IMG/VR virus record: IMGVR_UViG_3300025600_000001
Location: 53,569 to 117,568 of that record
DNA length: 64,000 bases
Direction: 5' to 3' (one strand)
From: a virus
A program made the translations under genes and the position numbers. Shown one piece after another: positions 50,901 to 61,051 of the stretch. The notes below the pieces were generated by a model. That model did not search any database, had not been told where the DNA came from, and saw only the letters and a program-made list of their open reading frames with translations. Within the stretch, counting starts at the first letter, position 1; every line of letters begins with the position of its first letter.

Positions 50901-51277
50901 AGTCCATTAGGATTTCCATTAATTTGATCTCGTCTTAACATAGGTGATAATGGATTTCCATATTCATCTCCAGAGGTAAGTCCATTCTGAGCCATTGGTA
51001 TATATCCAGCATCCTGAGAAACTACATCTTTATTTAGAGTGTTATTCCATTGATTAGTTAAATCAAAACTATTAACTGTACCAGTATTATTAGGATTACT
51101 ATTTTGCCAATTGTTAGATACATTGGATATTTGACTTGTACCATTTAAAGCTTTTTCTAATTGAAGTTTTTTAAACGCTTTTCCATGAACTTTCATAAAA
51201 GCATCTTCTGTTGGATATTTAGAATAAAAACTTTTATCATCCTTATATTTTGCTAGTTTTAGTATTTCTGCTTTCAT
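47924..51277 (-). CDS. virion cargo protein with repeated xxGG motifs and Gly-zipper segment
   Basis: GPSHDNGG, VEVEGGE, GGGIGAAAGTFFGGPLGGAIG; Gln-rich C-terminus. Confidence 0.7.
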   Translation of the reverse strand: MKAEILKLAKYKDDKSFYSKYPTEDAFMKVHGKAFKKLQLEKALNGTSQISNVSNNWQNSNPNNTGTVNSFDLTNQWNNTLNKDVVSQDAGYIPMAQNGLTSGDEYGNPLSPMLRRDQINGNPNGLLPTQAFDTKKLLPMGNAGDSGSGVAGAMPYIQAGTDIAQGLSMIKGERNKVKDAKAQADVSALQLQAARSKNVDANTMNQQLNIRPEDIQTTGEEFFPINGVGTNVLQSKNGRSIKPSFEEKKASKLFSYPTPNDLQMGNDKMTSDSAQFVGGYRSPKAINEVWPDSLTINSPFEGGYFNQMYDQHRLDELPGKYNFITDKIINKKRDGGEIQNTYAPNDLYQDLGFEPLNDSDQMKTFWGGGSMNTQNSFDNIMGSNTGMDLLGKGSQMLTNSGQGPDAGSMIGGGIGAAAGTFFGGPLGGAIGKAAGSFIGGAIDRTDNKISKYNDQRNRNQQAADIAQTDWSNSYQKDGGTTSSGWMNPNYNPQLITKFGDIDVTDLHNIAHQGMDSLRTGGNIRENYNYPQDEFAMDGLQVYKGEAEPVSTNPYLPEGGQSVMFRGPSHDNGGMPIKYGSQGVEVEGGEPAVKLQDGGDTGPSLTVFGNLKPSRTHLESVGLGEFNGQKFKGMVDKLTKKTDKLNTLVDKSTDKINDHPMNTSFDKIGFDSWKANLMGANMHLKDIAEKTKSAAALQQAINDTADEHGIVADDLARGQIKKAKFGGKFTAANGVSLEDRDYLTKLYNAAQKEGKGPAVEKFQTEFNRLAPDVAKSVLSKEPTTNYGKTKGLTSADLTSNVDSIFGKRTEQYKTALDENTNNFLQPRGISSLSSTPIDTHTLGKMNISNTPNQTTSQNKVPWMDAINAVVPYLRPNNQLDRPDLTPEMMAMGFNNQEPVQARQFQPQLDVPYDISYQDILNKNQGDIRAAERMYQNNPAFLAQLNAQKYSANQQVLGEQFRQNQNEKNQVYNQNRNTLNQAQLTNLGIMDKQYERQTSAKVKTQEEALNISKSISDKLSRYKEEQQISNLEQQRYNYRFDNNGRPINMNPFAQFNPAGTPTRTGGGMGDIPSDWMMLRDEQGNFQGTKRRTKDPNDNAKNGKKIIARNGSIVRALKTI

Positions 51278-51279
51278 AA

Positions 51280-52647
51280 TTATTCATATTTAGACAGCCA
51301 ATTTTTCTTAGATTGACCAAAGTTATTAAAATTTATGAGTTGATCCAAAAGTTTTAATTGTTTTCCATCTTTTGCTAAAGGATATTCAATTACTTTTGTT
51401 CCATGAAACTTATAATTCTTATTAGGAGTCATCATTTTTGTATCTCCCTCATCAGAAATTCCAATTAAATTCTGATTTACTCTATACATTGTAATATTAT
51501 TACTATTAATTTCTACAGGTTTTCCCCAGTTATTAGGATTCCAATATCCATTATCATCCTGAATAATTCCACCATCTTTTTTATTTTCAAACAGTTTCTT
51601 GCTTCGTATATATTCTGCTCCTTGATTAACCATCTCTGGATAAGATTTTTTTACTCCTTTTAATTTTTGTTGCTTAGGATTTACACTACCAAGTCCAAAC
51701 TCTGAGAGAAACATTGCATGTGCCTGTATTGGAGATTCTATACTATTCAATGTACTATCGACTTTATTAAAAGCTGGTATCCATTCCTTAATTTTTTTCT
51801 CTAATTTTTTATTATTAATACTACCATCTTTCATATAAGCTCCTGCATTCTTAGCTAAATCATCTACTGTTATTTCTCCTGTTATTCCAGTTGTAGAAGA
51901 ATAAGCAGGAATACCTATCTTTTCTAACATTTTTAATGCTAAATCATTAGTATTATTCCAACCATTAGCTGTAACTTCTGGACCCTCAATAGATATTGCT
52001 GATAGTAATGTATTAGGATCTAAATTATATTGCTTAGAGTATTTTACTATATCTTGTTTAGCATTAGAACTTATCTTAGCATTTCTTAAATATTTTAATT
52101 CAGGTTTATCTTCTCCATATGTACTAACAGGACTATCATCTTCTACTACATTTATATTAGATAAATAATTAATAAAACTACTATTGACTCTATCTCTAAA
52201 ATTTGAAGGATTATAATCAGGAAAATGTTTATCTAAATCAGAATAAGTTAATTGATTTTTTTCAGGAATATCAGTAGGAACTATAGAAGATATATGTGTA
52301 ACGTCTTGAGGAGTAATAATAGAACCATCCTGACTAATAGTCTTAGGTTTAAAATCTAATCCATTTTGATAGAATGTCATACCATCCTGAGCAGAAGGTT
52401 TAGTTTTCTTTGCATGTTTTCCGTTAGAAGGAGTTGATCCTGTACGTGCATATGTGAATCCTACAGATCCTGGAATACCTCCACCATTTTGAAATGATCC
52501 TCCCCATGCTGAATTATATCTATTAGGAGTATTAATATATCCATCTCCTACAAAATTAGGAGGATATAATACTTTACTATCATTATAATTTGGTTGATGC
52601 TCCTGCATATTCCCACCATCTTGATATTTATCTAACCAACCTTTCAT
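51280..52647 (-). CDS. virion cargo protein, possible lysozyme/SLT-like central domain
   Basis: xxDGG motifs; IVKYSKQYNLDPNTLLSAISIEG. Confidence 0.6.
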   Translation of the reverse strand: MKGWLDKYQDGGNMQEHQPNYNDSKVLYPPNFVGDGYINTPNRYNSAWGGSFQNGGGIPGSVGFTYARTGSTPSNGKHAKKTKPSAQDGMTFYQNGLDFKPKTISQDGSIITPQDVTHISSIVPTDIPEKNQLTYSDLDKHFPDYNPSNFRDRVNSSFINYLSNINVVEDDSPVSTYGEDKPELKYLRNAKISSNAKQDIVKYSKQYNLDPNTLLSAISIEGPEVTANGWNNTNDLALKMLEKIGIPAYSSTTGITGEITVDDLAKNAGAYMKDGSINNKKLEKKIKEWIPAFNKVDSTLNSIESPIQAHAMFLSEFGLGSVNPKQQKLKGVKKSYPEMVNQGAEYIRSKKLFENKKDGGIIQDDNGYWNPNNWGKPVEINSNNITMYRVNQNLIGISDEGDTKMMTPNKNYKFHGTKVIEYPLAKDGKQLKLLDQLINFNNFGQSKKNWLSKYE

Positions 52648-53507
52648 TTGTATGAGATTTGACTTGGGGTTAAAATGAATTGACTTACAAGATGAACATC
52701 TGATCGTGAGTCAAGAATAAGTCGTATCTTTAATTCTTTAGCTCGTATAGGGACTTTATTAAAACTTCTAAAAGTATAATCCATATTAGATTGATTTACA
52801 ATTTTATCTATAGATAAACTCTCACAAGAAGTTATAAAAAGTTGTTTATTCTTATCTTTTACAATTGACCAGAAGGTATTAAACTGATAGAAGTTATCAC
52901 TCTTTGTGAATGTGATTACTTTACTATCTTTCCTATATATAGGATATTTCATATAAGTACTTAGATTGTGCAAAGGTTTTGCTTCCAATTCAAGAATTCC
53001 AGTACTTTGTTGACCATTATAACACACTGTCTTATTAAACCATACGTCATCTAATTCAATTTTATCTGTATATGCAAACACACCTGTACCATCAGGAAGA
53101 TATTTATACGTCTTTGTGTAATTAATAACATTCTGAAGGATCTCATCTTGATATTCGTAACTAAATGGATACTCTATAATATAAGGTTCTATATTTCCAT
53201 AGTAATTATTGTATAGTTCAATGTTTGTTAAGTGACGCCATAAACAACCTGTATGAGTTTGTGTAAATTGTGTAAACATTAATTGTGCAGAACTGATTAT
53301 CCCTATACTTTTTGATTTAGAAGATTCACATTTACCAGTTGAGGTAATAGATACAAGAGTTACATTATCTGATACAGTATAACTAATACTATTAATAAGA
53401 GTATCTTTAGAAACATCACTTGCGATAATGTTTCCAAAGTCATCTTTTATTATAAAAGGACCTGCTCCTTTACTAGCTTTCGTTAATTTAATAGTTATAG
53501 TTTTCAT
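52644..53507 (-). CDS. muzzle/tail stabilization protein, C-terminal part
   Basis: LWRH..YNNYYG..PYIIE, FNK..YN.QQSTG; ATGA overlap favours start 53507. Confidence 0.7.
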   Translation of the reverse strand: MKTITIKLTKASKGAGPFIIKDDFGNIIASDVSKDTLINSISYTVSDNVTLVSITSTGKCESSKSKSIGIISSAQLMFTQFTQTHTGCLWRHLTNIELYNNYYGNIEPYIIEYPFSYEYQDEILQNVINYTKTYKYLPDGTGVFAYTDKIELDDVWFNKTVCYNGQQSTGILELEAKPLHNLSTYMKYPIYRKDSKVITFTKSDNFYQFNTFWSIVKDKNKQLFITSCESLSIDKIVNQSNMDYTFRSFNKVPIRAKELKIRLILDSRSDVHLVSQFILTPSQISYK

Positions 53508-54670
53508 GTAGCTGTAGAATAAGGATTTATAGTACATTGACAATGTGTAATAACATTAGTATCTAGTGTTACTGAACCAGTTAACGCAAATACCTTTCCA
53601 GTTAAAATTGCACCTGTATCACAAGTTACTGAAATCTCAGCAATAATGTTACCAACTACTACTGCACCTGTAGCTAATGTGGCAGAAGAACCTGTAACCC
53701 AATATACATTACAAGGTTGCGCGTTATTTATTAATGATACAATAGCACTACTGGTTGGAAGAAATGTAGTAGGAATTTGAAATACGAATATTGCATCAGG
53801 ATCACCACCACCATCAAGAGTAACAATTCCTGTTATAGTTAAAGAACTAGATGTACTATATATACCAGGAGTAATGGTCGTTCCTCCAATATCTGCTAAT
53901 ACAGAACCTGTTGGGGGTAATGTTCCTAGATAAATAAAAGCAGCAGTTGCATCATCTTTTGCATTACTTGCTGTTGTATCAGTAATATGTTGTACTCCAT
54001 TCACTATTCCTGGAGGAAATCCTATCACCGAAGTTCCTGGATATAACCCTAAATCTCTATCTATAATTGTTGATCCTGTACTAGTTATATTTACATGAGC
54101 CAATACATCAAAATTACTAGCTCTACCTAAAGTATTACATACAATAAATGTAGTGGTAGTGGTAGTAGTACTAATGGTAGGACATACTATATCTATACAA
54201 TTATCTTGTTGATCTATATCTAATATAAAATCAGTAGGTACATTCCTTTGACAACCTTGATCACTATCTATATGAAGTTTTTCTCCTATTCTAGTATTAT
54301 AATACCATTTTCCTACAGTCAAAGGTTGACTATTAATTACCCCTCCAGTTCCAGATATTAAACATGTATCACAATAATATGTAGTTACATCATATCCATA
54401 TGATTGACATATAGTTACGTCTTCTGCATTTCCTTCTAAAGAACAATCTATAGTATTCTCAATAACCCCTACAATAAAATCAAGATCATCACAACATCCA
54501 TTAATTCCTGAATAAAAGAAATTATTTTCAGCAATGTAAAAGTTAGGAAGATAACTATGAAAACTTATCCATGCTTTTGCATTAACATGATATGAAACTG
54601 TCCAACTCTTATTACAAAAGTATTTTGGATCATCTAAAGAGATTAACTTTCTTGTTATAACTTTTGCCAT
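53504..54670 (-). CDS. muzzle middle fragment fused to a DUF3494 ice-binding-like domain
   Basis: FCNKSWTVSY..WISFHSY, then poly-Thr, then LGRASNFDVLA..GFPPG..PGIY..NVYWVTGSSATL. Confidence 0.75.
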   Translation of the reverse strand: MAKVITRKLISLDDPKYFCNKSWTVSYHVNAKAWISFHSYLPNFYIAENNFFYSGINGCCDDLDFIVGVIENTIDCSLEGNAEDVTICQSYGYDVTTYYCDTCLISGTGGVINSQPLTVGKWYYNTRIGEKLHIDSDQGCQRNVPTDFILDIDQQDNCIDIVCPTISTTTTTTTFIVCNTLGRASNFDVLAHVNITSTGSTIIDRDLGLYPGTSVIGFPPGIVNGVQHITDTTASNAKDDATAAFIYLGTLPPTGSVLADIGGTTITPGIYSTSSSLTITGIVTLDGGGDPDAIFVFQIPTTFLPTSSAIVSLINNAQPCNVYWVTGSSATLATGAVVVGNIIAEISVTCDTGAILTGKVFALTGSVTLDTNVITHCQCTINPYSTAT

Positions 54671-54690
54671 AGCTTATAATTTTGTAAACT

Positions 54691-57600
54691 TTATGGTATA
54701 AAATTTATAGTACTAAATGAAGGTAACTGTGATGCTCCATTTATACCATATGATAAAGAAGATAAATAAGTTAATGTATAAGGAGTAGTTATATCTATAT
54801 TATAAAGAGTAGCAGAATCAGCAATATATATACCACCACTATATTCATACAACCCAAAAGGAGCAACAAGAGTTATAGGAATGTCTAAATCAACTGCCCC
54901 AGTTGTATAATCATACTGAGTTACAAATTTATTACCCCCACTATTATTATTAAGTACTATTAATTTATTAGTTGTAGTTAATACGAAGTCACCAGTTACA
55001 GTTCTACCACTAATTGAACTAAATTTTAATGTATTTACACTTGTAGTTGTAGTAATATCACATTCGTATACATCTCCACCAGCATTATTTATAAGAGTAA
55101 CATCATCTTTAGCACATAATCCAGCAGACCCATTAACATTAGTAATCGATCTATTAAATATAGCAGTAAAAGGACTTAAAGTAATATTCCACTCATCAAT
55201 CCCATGACTAGAATAGAGCCATAATTTATTTGCCGTATGGGCAATATCACTACTCGTAGTAAGTATTCCTGGAATAGTCAATAATGATGAAATATTTGTA
55301 ACTGGATCATATGCATAAACTTGAGTTGGATTATCAGATGTATTAAATAATACACTACCTTCAGATACTATTATAGTGGTAGTAGTTGTAGTTGTAGTGG
55401 TACTAGTTGCTGGATAACATGGAGTTTCTGAATCATTATATATAGAATATGCTCCATTAGTTGCTGCGATCCAAGTAGCGTTACTATTAGCATTAGTAAT
55501 AGGTGTAAGATTTCTATATAAAGTTTCTTTTAAATTCTCAGTAATCCAATATAATTCATTAATACAAACTGCATTATAAAGTTTTCCATTATTTCCTATA
55601 TAAGTAATAGTTGTACCATCTAATATACCAACAGCATCACTAACAAGTCTTACAGGATTTCCCCAATTCATAGTACCATTTGTTGCAGAAATTGCATTTG
55701 GATCATTATATGAAAAATCTATTTCATCAGTAATACCATTTCCATAAGAGTAAGCAGTATATTGGTTAATACCAAAAAAAGTACCATCAAAAGCATTTCT
55801 ATATCCAACTGGAAGTAGATGTAATCCAAAACTATCTAATGCATTATCATTAGGAGATAACCAATTTATACATAAATCATCTATAGATTTATATTGTCCC
55901 ATATTTATATAAGTAGATACCAATGGAGTTTGACTTCCTGAATATAATTGAGTCCAATCTCCTCTAGTAGCTACTCGCCAACCTGTATTAGCAAGACTTG
56001 CTCCATTTATTCCAATTTGTGAATATCCATTATAATAATATTCATAACAACATTCAAGAACAAAAATAGTACTTGTAGTAGTGGTAGTAGTACTTGTAGT
56101 AGTAGGTATCTCCTCCTCAATATAGAACTGATTGGTAACATTATCAAATTTAATTTGATTTGTAAATTCAGGATGAGGAATATAATCTAGTTTTGTGATG
56201 ATCACTCTGTCATATTTACTATCATAGACACCATGTAATCCTATTCCTGCAAAATGATTATCTGTATTTACATCTGGAAAATAACGTAAGATTTCAAATG
56301 CTAAATGATCTGTAAAGAATCTATTCATCCCTGATCCAAATGCTGATAAATCAATAGCCTGAGTATCAGAAATTAAAAAGATCTGTCCTCTTTTAGCATC
56401 AACTGTAATTTGACCTTGTGGTATCCTTAAGAGAAATTTATTCTGGCTTCCTACATATCCTAAATCAGTTTCTGCAAAATCAATAGGAGGAGCACCTTTA
56501 AATAACGAATCATTACCTACAAATGCTGCCTGAGGGTTACTTGTATTAATAGTAAGTAGATTGTTATATAAAAGACTTTTGTCCTCAAAACGAGCTAAAA
56601 CTGCCCTATTTTGAATACCATCTAAAGAAATAAGAGGTCCATAGTTTTGAGGAAAATCAAAATACGATAAAGCTCTAAATGTAAGCCATGCATTCACTCT
56701 ATTGTCAGCAGCGGATGTTTGTACATCAGAGTAGATTGCTCTAAAAGGAAACTGAGTAAAACAAGATCTATCCCAGTCTATAGGAATATGTGTAAATGTA
56801 TTTTCTGTATTCTGTTTAGAATAAGTTGTATTGTAATAATAGGTATTATCCTGAGCAATTGGAACCCAAGATTCTTGTACCCAATCATCAGGAATTGATG
56901 TAGTAACATGTGGATAGAAATCTCCTTCTCTATTATTAAAAGCTTGTCTTAAATCTGTATTATAAGAACTCTCACAATAGAAATAAGGAACTCCATAAGC
57001 AAATAAATAGAAATATCCACTATAGAATAATAAAGTATTACTAACAACTGTACTTCCTGGAGCAAGTGTTGTACTAGTTGTAGAGGTAGAAGTATTTATA
57101 GAAGCAGTAGTGTTTCCAGTTGGGCAATCAAAGTTGTGTGCCTTATACGAAATAATACCTGGAAGAATACCTGCAGAAGATGTCACATAGTCTTTAGTTA
57201 TACTTCGTGCAGAATGCCAATATTTAGGAAAAGCAACATTACCAATCTGATCGTAAAACACATCACTATCATCAGGAGCATTCACTCTATTATCTAAAAA
57301 GAATGGAAGTTTAGTTTTAAATCCAAATCTACTAATAAAGGTATCTCCACCAAATACTGTGTTATTAGTTGAAGGAACCTCGAATACTCTCTCAAATCCA
57401 GTATCAATAGTTTCATAAGAATACATTTGACCCCATTGATTCACAATGTCATTCTTTAAAGAAGCATAGTATGATACTACTGTGATATCTTCTATATTTG
57501 AAGGATTCTCACAATTTCCTTTTCCTGAAATAGTAAATCTTGAATGATCAGATATTTTATTATTAATACTTATCTGATCATTAGGAAAAGGTAAATTAGT

Positions 57601-60372
57601 ACCATTTGTTTTTAAGAAGATAGAAGACTCTCGTTGGTAGTTATTAACAGAATGATCATCTCCTACAGATTCAACAATAGGGATGAGGTATCTTGATATA
57701 TCTAAATTACGTTGTTTTACTCCTGTATTATTTGGAACATAGTCTGCATAGTTATAATCTGCAATAGAATTAAATGAATATGCGTAATTCTGTCTAGTCA
57801 TTCCATTAAGATATATTTGAATATATGCTTGATAGGATGCAATCAATAATGTAGTATCTGCTCCTGCTACTTTTTCTGAAGCAGTTAATGCCTGTCTTTG
57901 TGCTTCTTCTGTTAGAAGTTTATATTTTGCATTATTTCTTACTTGTATAAAATGAGCAAGTCCTTTACCATATATAACATTTTCTAGTTTTAATATATTA
58001 CCTAAAAATGGTTGACCAAAGGATGTCTCAGGAGAATTAAAAATAAGTCTACCATTATCAAATAAAGGTGGTAAAGAATTAGTTGTATCATCAGTAGTAC
58101 AAGTTGTATTATTAACAACTGATTCTTGAAAAGTAATAAATATACCACAATGATCACAACCTTCTATACATCCTGGTTTAGTTCCTGGAATTACATTTAC
58201 TAAAAGAACATCGTTATCAGGAAAACCACGTAACCATGTTGAACTAAGTCCTTCTATACGATCTAACCATTGAACTCTCCAACCACTACAAAAATCAAAA
58301 CTACCACTACTAGACTGAACTAAATACGTGTCATAGTTGGAATAAGAAATTCTAGATTGTCCAATAGTACTTGTAGGTTTAGTAAGAGAACAGATTGACT
58401 GTTGTGTACCTAAAGTAGTATATTTATCTGATGATATAGACTTTCCTGTAATACAACTTGTATAACTTAGTTGAGTAAATCCATCAGGACCTAATGCTGT
58501 AATATCAATATCAAAAGATGTACATGACTCAGCAAAAGCATTATTTGTAATATCAAGAAAGGGATCAACTCCTAAATCGTTATATGGATAATTTGGATAG
58601 TAATAGTCTTGATTATCTTTTGTATATTTTCCAGCATTTCTTAAAATACCTTTTGCAACAATGGACTTATTAGTACTACGATCACCTCTTAATATTTTAT
58701 ATCCTATTATCTCAACTTTCTGACTATGAGTTAAGTTAGATGATCCGATAAGTCCTAATATTTGCTGAGTATCTACATGTATACCAATTGGAAATACAGC
58801 ATCGTTACCCATTACTAAATGAGTAGAATCTATAAAAATCTTTGATTCAAAAATAGGACTTACAAGAACATCTGGAAATTTATGATGTCTAATTTTCTGT
58901 CCACCAAGATCTCCCCACACATTAGTATTACAAGGATATTCTTCTGTTGACTCCCAATAAGCCATTTCTCCAATTTGATAAGGACCTCTATAATTAATAT
59001 CTGCTGAATAACCAGGTGAATTACCAGTTACAGAAGCAGTATTATATATTTTCCAATAAGGAGAATAACCTACTCCTCCAGATACATAATCAGGATTACC
59101 AATAAAATCAGGATTTGTATTAGGAATATCTGGTATACTTTCACTATTACTTTTAGTTCTTCCAGGAATATGAAAACTATCTGTTTGTTTACCATTTGCT
59201 AAAAGAAAAGCAATCTCATATGGATATACTTCATCTCGTAATTGTGAACGAAGATTTGTAGCATTTAATTCATCTGCATAATTTTCTATAGCAGGAATTC
59301 TCCAAGTTTCCCATTGAAGATGAATCTGACTTGCAATACCCTGATAGTTAAGTCTATCAAGCATAGAAAGATTACTAAATACTAATATCTCTTGTGTAGC
59401 AGTTACATCCTGAGCAGTATCATAAAAAGGAAATTTCTCAAAAATATCCTGAATAGATAATGGTATTGATGTTACATTTTGTCCTGTATAAGTTATTTTT
59501 ATAGTGGAATTAGTAATATAAAAAGTTCCTACCAATTCTACTGTAGATATAGCATTGATTGTTTTTATAACAGCAATATTGAAATATTGGAATTGTCCTG
59601 TAATATCTAAATCACTCACTTGAATTATAATAGATTTATCTACAGGATAATTAAAATTTAATGTAGTGACATGTATATCTGCAATAGGTGTAGGATTTGT
59701 AATAGACTGATATGAATTATAAGGATTTCCTAAAGCATCTGAATATTGAATAGCAAATTGATAAGTTCCAGCAAGTAGATTTCCTCCATTTACTACATCA
59801 ATAACTGATAGTAATGGTGTATTAAATTTTGGTTGAATACTTAATTGATTACAATCAATTTGGTCTGTAAACAAAGGATCACATAGAGTTGATCCAGGTT
59901 TTAACGTATTAGGAACATCATCAATATTAAGAAATCTTAGAGGATTTAAACCATCTGTCCAATAAATTTCTGTAGCACAAGTATTAACTTTGTGTGCCAC
60001 TTTAAGTATAGGATGATTAATATCAAAATTTAAACAAGGAGCATTGACTAATGTATGATATATACAATCGTTATTATCCAGATGTCCAATTTCACTCTCA
60101 CCAGTATCAGGATTAGTTAGAAAGAATATATGTTTATTCTTTTCACTAATGAATTGTGTACCTATAAGAACAAGTCCACTAGGAAATGTAAGACATAACT
60201 CATTACCTTCTTCATTTTGGTACGAAAAACTATTAGCATCATAGTTTTCCATAGCTGCATTTAATGCGTAGGTCAATACCCCAGGTTGCAACTGGTTAAT
60301 TGAACTATCCATATTTAAACCTGCTCTTGCAGTATTCTGATGGATTTTAATATTTGATGGTTCGTTATCCAT
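54691..60372 (-). CDS. muzzle/tail stabilization protein, N-terminal part, with appended FISUMP-like and beta-propeller-like domains
   Basis: GLNMD..YALNA, IYWTDGLNP, GTYQFAIQY, RDEVY, IRHHKFPD, FGGDTFISRF; lies downstream of a tail tubular gene. Confidence 0.8.
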   Translation of the reverse strand: MDNEPSNIKIHQNTARAGLNMDSSINQLQPGVLTYALNAAMENYDANSFSYQNEEGNELCLTFPSGLVLIGTQFISEKNKHIFFLTNPDTGESEIGHLDNNDCIYHTLVNAPCLNFDINHPILKVAHKVNTCATEIYWTDGLNPLRFLNIDDVPNTLKPGSTLCDPLFTDQIDCNQLSIQPKFNTPLLSVIDVVNGGNLLAGTYQFAIQYSDALGNPYNSYQSITNPTPIADIHVTTLNFNYPVDKSIIIQVSDLDITGQFQYFNIAVIKTINAISTVELVGTFYITNSTIKITYTGQNVTSIPLSIQDIFEKFPFYDTAQDVTATQEILVFSNLSMLDRLNYQGIASQIHLQWETWRIPAIENYADELNATNLRSQLRDEVYPYEIAFLLANGKQTDSFHIPGRTKSNSESIPDIPNTNPDFIGNPDYVSGGVGYSPYWKIYNTASVTGNSPGYSADINYRGPYQIGEMAYWESTEEYPCNTNVWGDLGGQKIRHHKFPDVLVSPIFESKIFIDSTHLVMGNDAVFPIGIHVDTQQILGLIGSSNLTHSQKVEIIGYKILRGDRSTNKSIVAKGILRNAGKYTKDNQDYYYPNYPYNDLGVDPFLDITNNAFAESCTSFDIDITALGPDGFTQLSYTSCITGKSISSDKYTTLGTQQSICSLTKPTSTIGQSRISYSNYDTYLVQSSSGSFDFCSGWRVQWLDRIEGLSSTWLRGFPDNDVLLVNVIPGTKPGCIEGCDHCGIFITFQESVVNNTTCTTDDTTNSLPPLFDNGRLIFNSPETSFGQPFLGNILKLENVIYGKGLAHFIQVRNNAKYKLLTEEAQRQALTASEKVAGADTTLLIASYQAYIQIYLNGMTRQNYAYSFNSIADYNYADYVPNNTGVKQRNLDISRYLIPIVESVGDDHSVNNYQRESSIFLKTNGTNLPFPNDQISINNKISDHSRFTISGKGNCENPSNIEDITVVSYYASLKNDIVNQWGQMYSYETIDTGFERVFEVPSTNNTVFGGDTFISRFGFKTKLPFFLDNRVNAPDDSDVFYDQIGNVAFPKYWHSARSITKDYVTSSAGILPGIISYKAHNFDCPTGNTTASINTSTSTTSTTLAPGSTVVSNTLLFYSGYFYLFAYGVPYFYCESSYNTDLRQAFNNREGDFYPHVTTSIPDDWVQESWVPIAQDNTYYYNTTYSKQNTENTFTHIPIDWDRSCFTQFPFRAIYSDVQTSAADNRVNAWLTFRALSYFDFPQNYGPLISLDGIQNRAVLARFEDKSLLYNNLLTINTSNPQAAFVGNDSLFKGAPPIDFAETDLGYVGSQNKFLLRIPQGQITVDAKRGQIFLISDTQAIDLSAFGSGMNRFFTDHLAFEILRYFPDVNTDNHFAGIGLHGVYDSKYDRVIITKLDYIPHPEFTNQIKFDNVTNQFYIEEEIPTTTSTTTTTTSTIFVLECCYEYYYNGYSQIGINGASLANTGWRVATRGDWTQLYSGSQTPLVSTYINMGQYKSIDDLCINWLSPNDNALDSFGLHLLPVGYRNAFDGTFFGINQYTAYSYGNGITDEIDFSYNDPNAISATNGTMNWGNPVRLVSDAVGILDGTTITYIGNNGKLYNAVCINELYWITENLKETLYRNLTPITNANSNATWIAATNGAYSIYNDSETPCYPATSTTTTTTTTTIIVSEGSVLFNTSDNPTQVYAYDPVTNISSLLTIPGILTTSSDIAHTANKLWLYSSHGIDEWNITLSPFTAIFNRSITNVNGSAGLCAKDDVTLINNAGGDVYECDITTTTSVNTLKFSSISGRTVTGDFVLTTTNKLIVLNNNSGGNKFVTQYDYTTGAVDLDIPITLVAPFGLYEYSGGIYIADSATLYNIDITTPYTLTYLSSLSYGINGASQLPSFSTINFIP

Positions 60373-61051
60373 TTAATTCATTTATTATATCAGTTCGTCT
60401 TTTAGTACTAATTGATTTTTCTAATGACCAATTTAAATCTTTAAATCTATGACGTACCATAGGATAATCAACATTTAATTTTGCACAATAATCTTTTAAA
60501 CACATAGATTGATCATCTAATGATACTATTATATTAGTTTTTCTATTACGAGCTTGTTGTGCATAATTGGCTATTCTACAATTTTTTGGCTCATAATTTC
60601 CATCGTTATCTATTCTATCTATCTGAAGTCCCAATTTCCAATTATTACATTGAGCCCAATTATAGAAAGATATAAATTCAGTTCTCCATTCTTCACAAAC
60701 TATAATTCCTTTTTCTCCATAAAAATTATAACCTATATTATTCTTACAATAACATCTATTTTTCATATTTTGCCATTGCCCGTATAAAGGATGTTTATTT
60801 AAACCATGTATTATATTTGTTTCTTGAATTCTTTGTTTATTATAACATCCACAAGATTTAGTTATTCCTCTTTTTATTACAGAAATTGAAGATTTGAACT
60901 TTTTTCCACAATAACATTTAAATATAGCTTCTCTTCTTTTCTTTCCATATTTAGGATCAGTTCTATATCCTGCCTCTTCTAAATATTCTATATTTCCAAA
61001 CATATGTCCAGTAATATAATTTTCTCTTCTTGTAATTTTATAATTTATCAT
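60365..61051 (-). mobile_element. free-standing HNH-type homing endonuclease
   Basis: FKCYCG..KSCGC, W..MK.RC, YGEKGI.VCEEW, IDRIDNDGNYEPKNCR. Confidence 0.85.
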
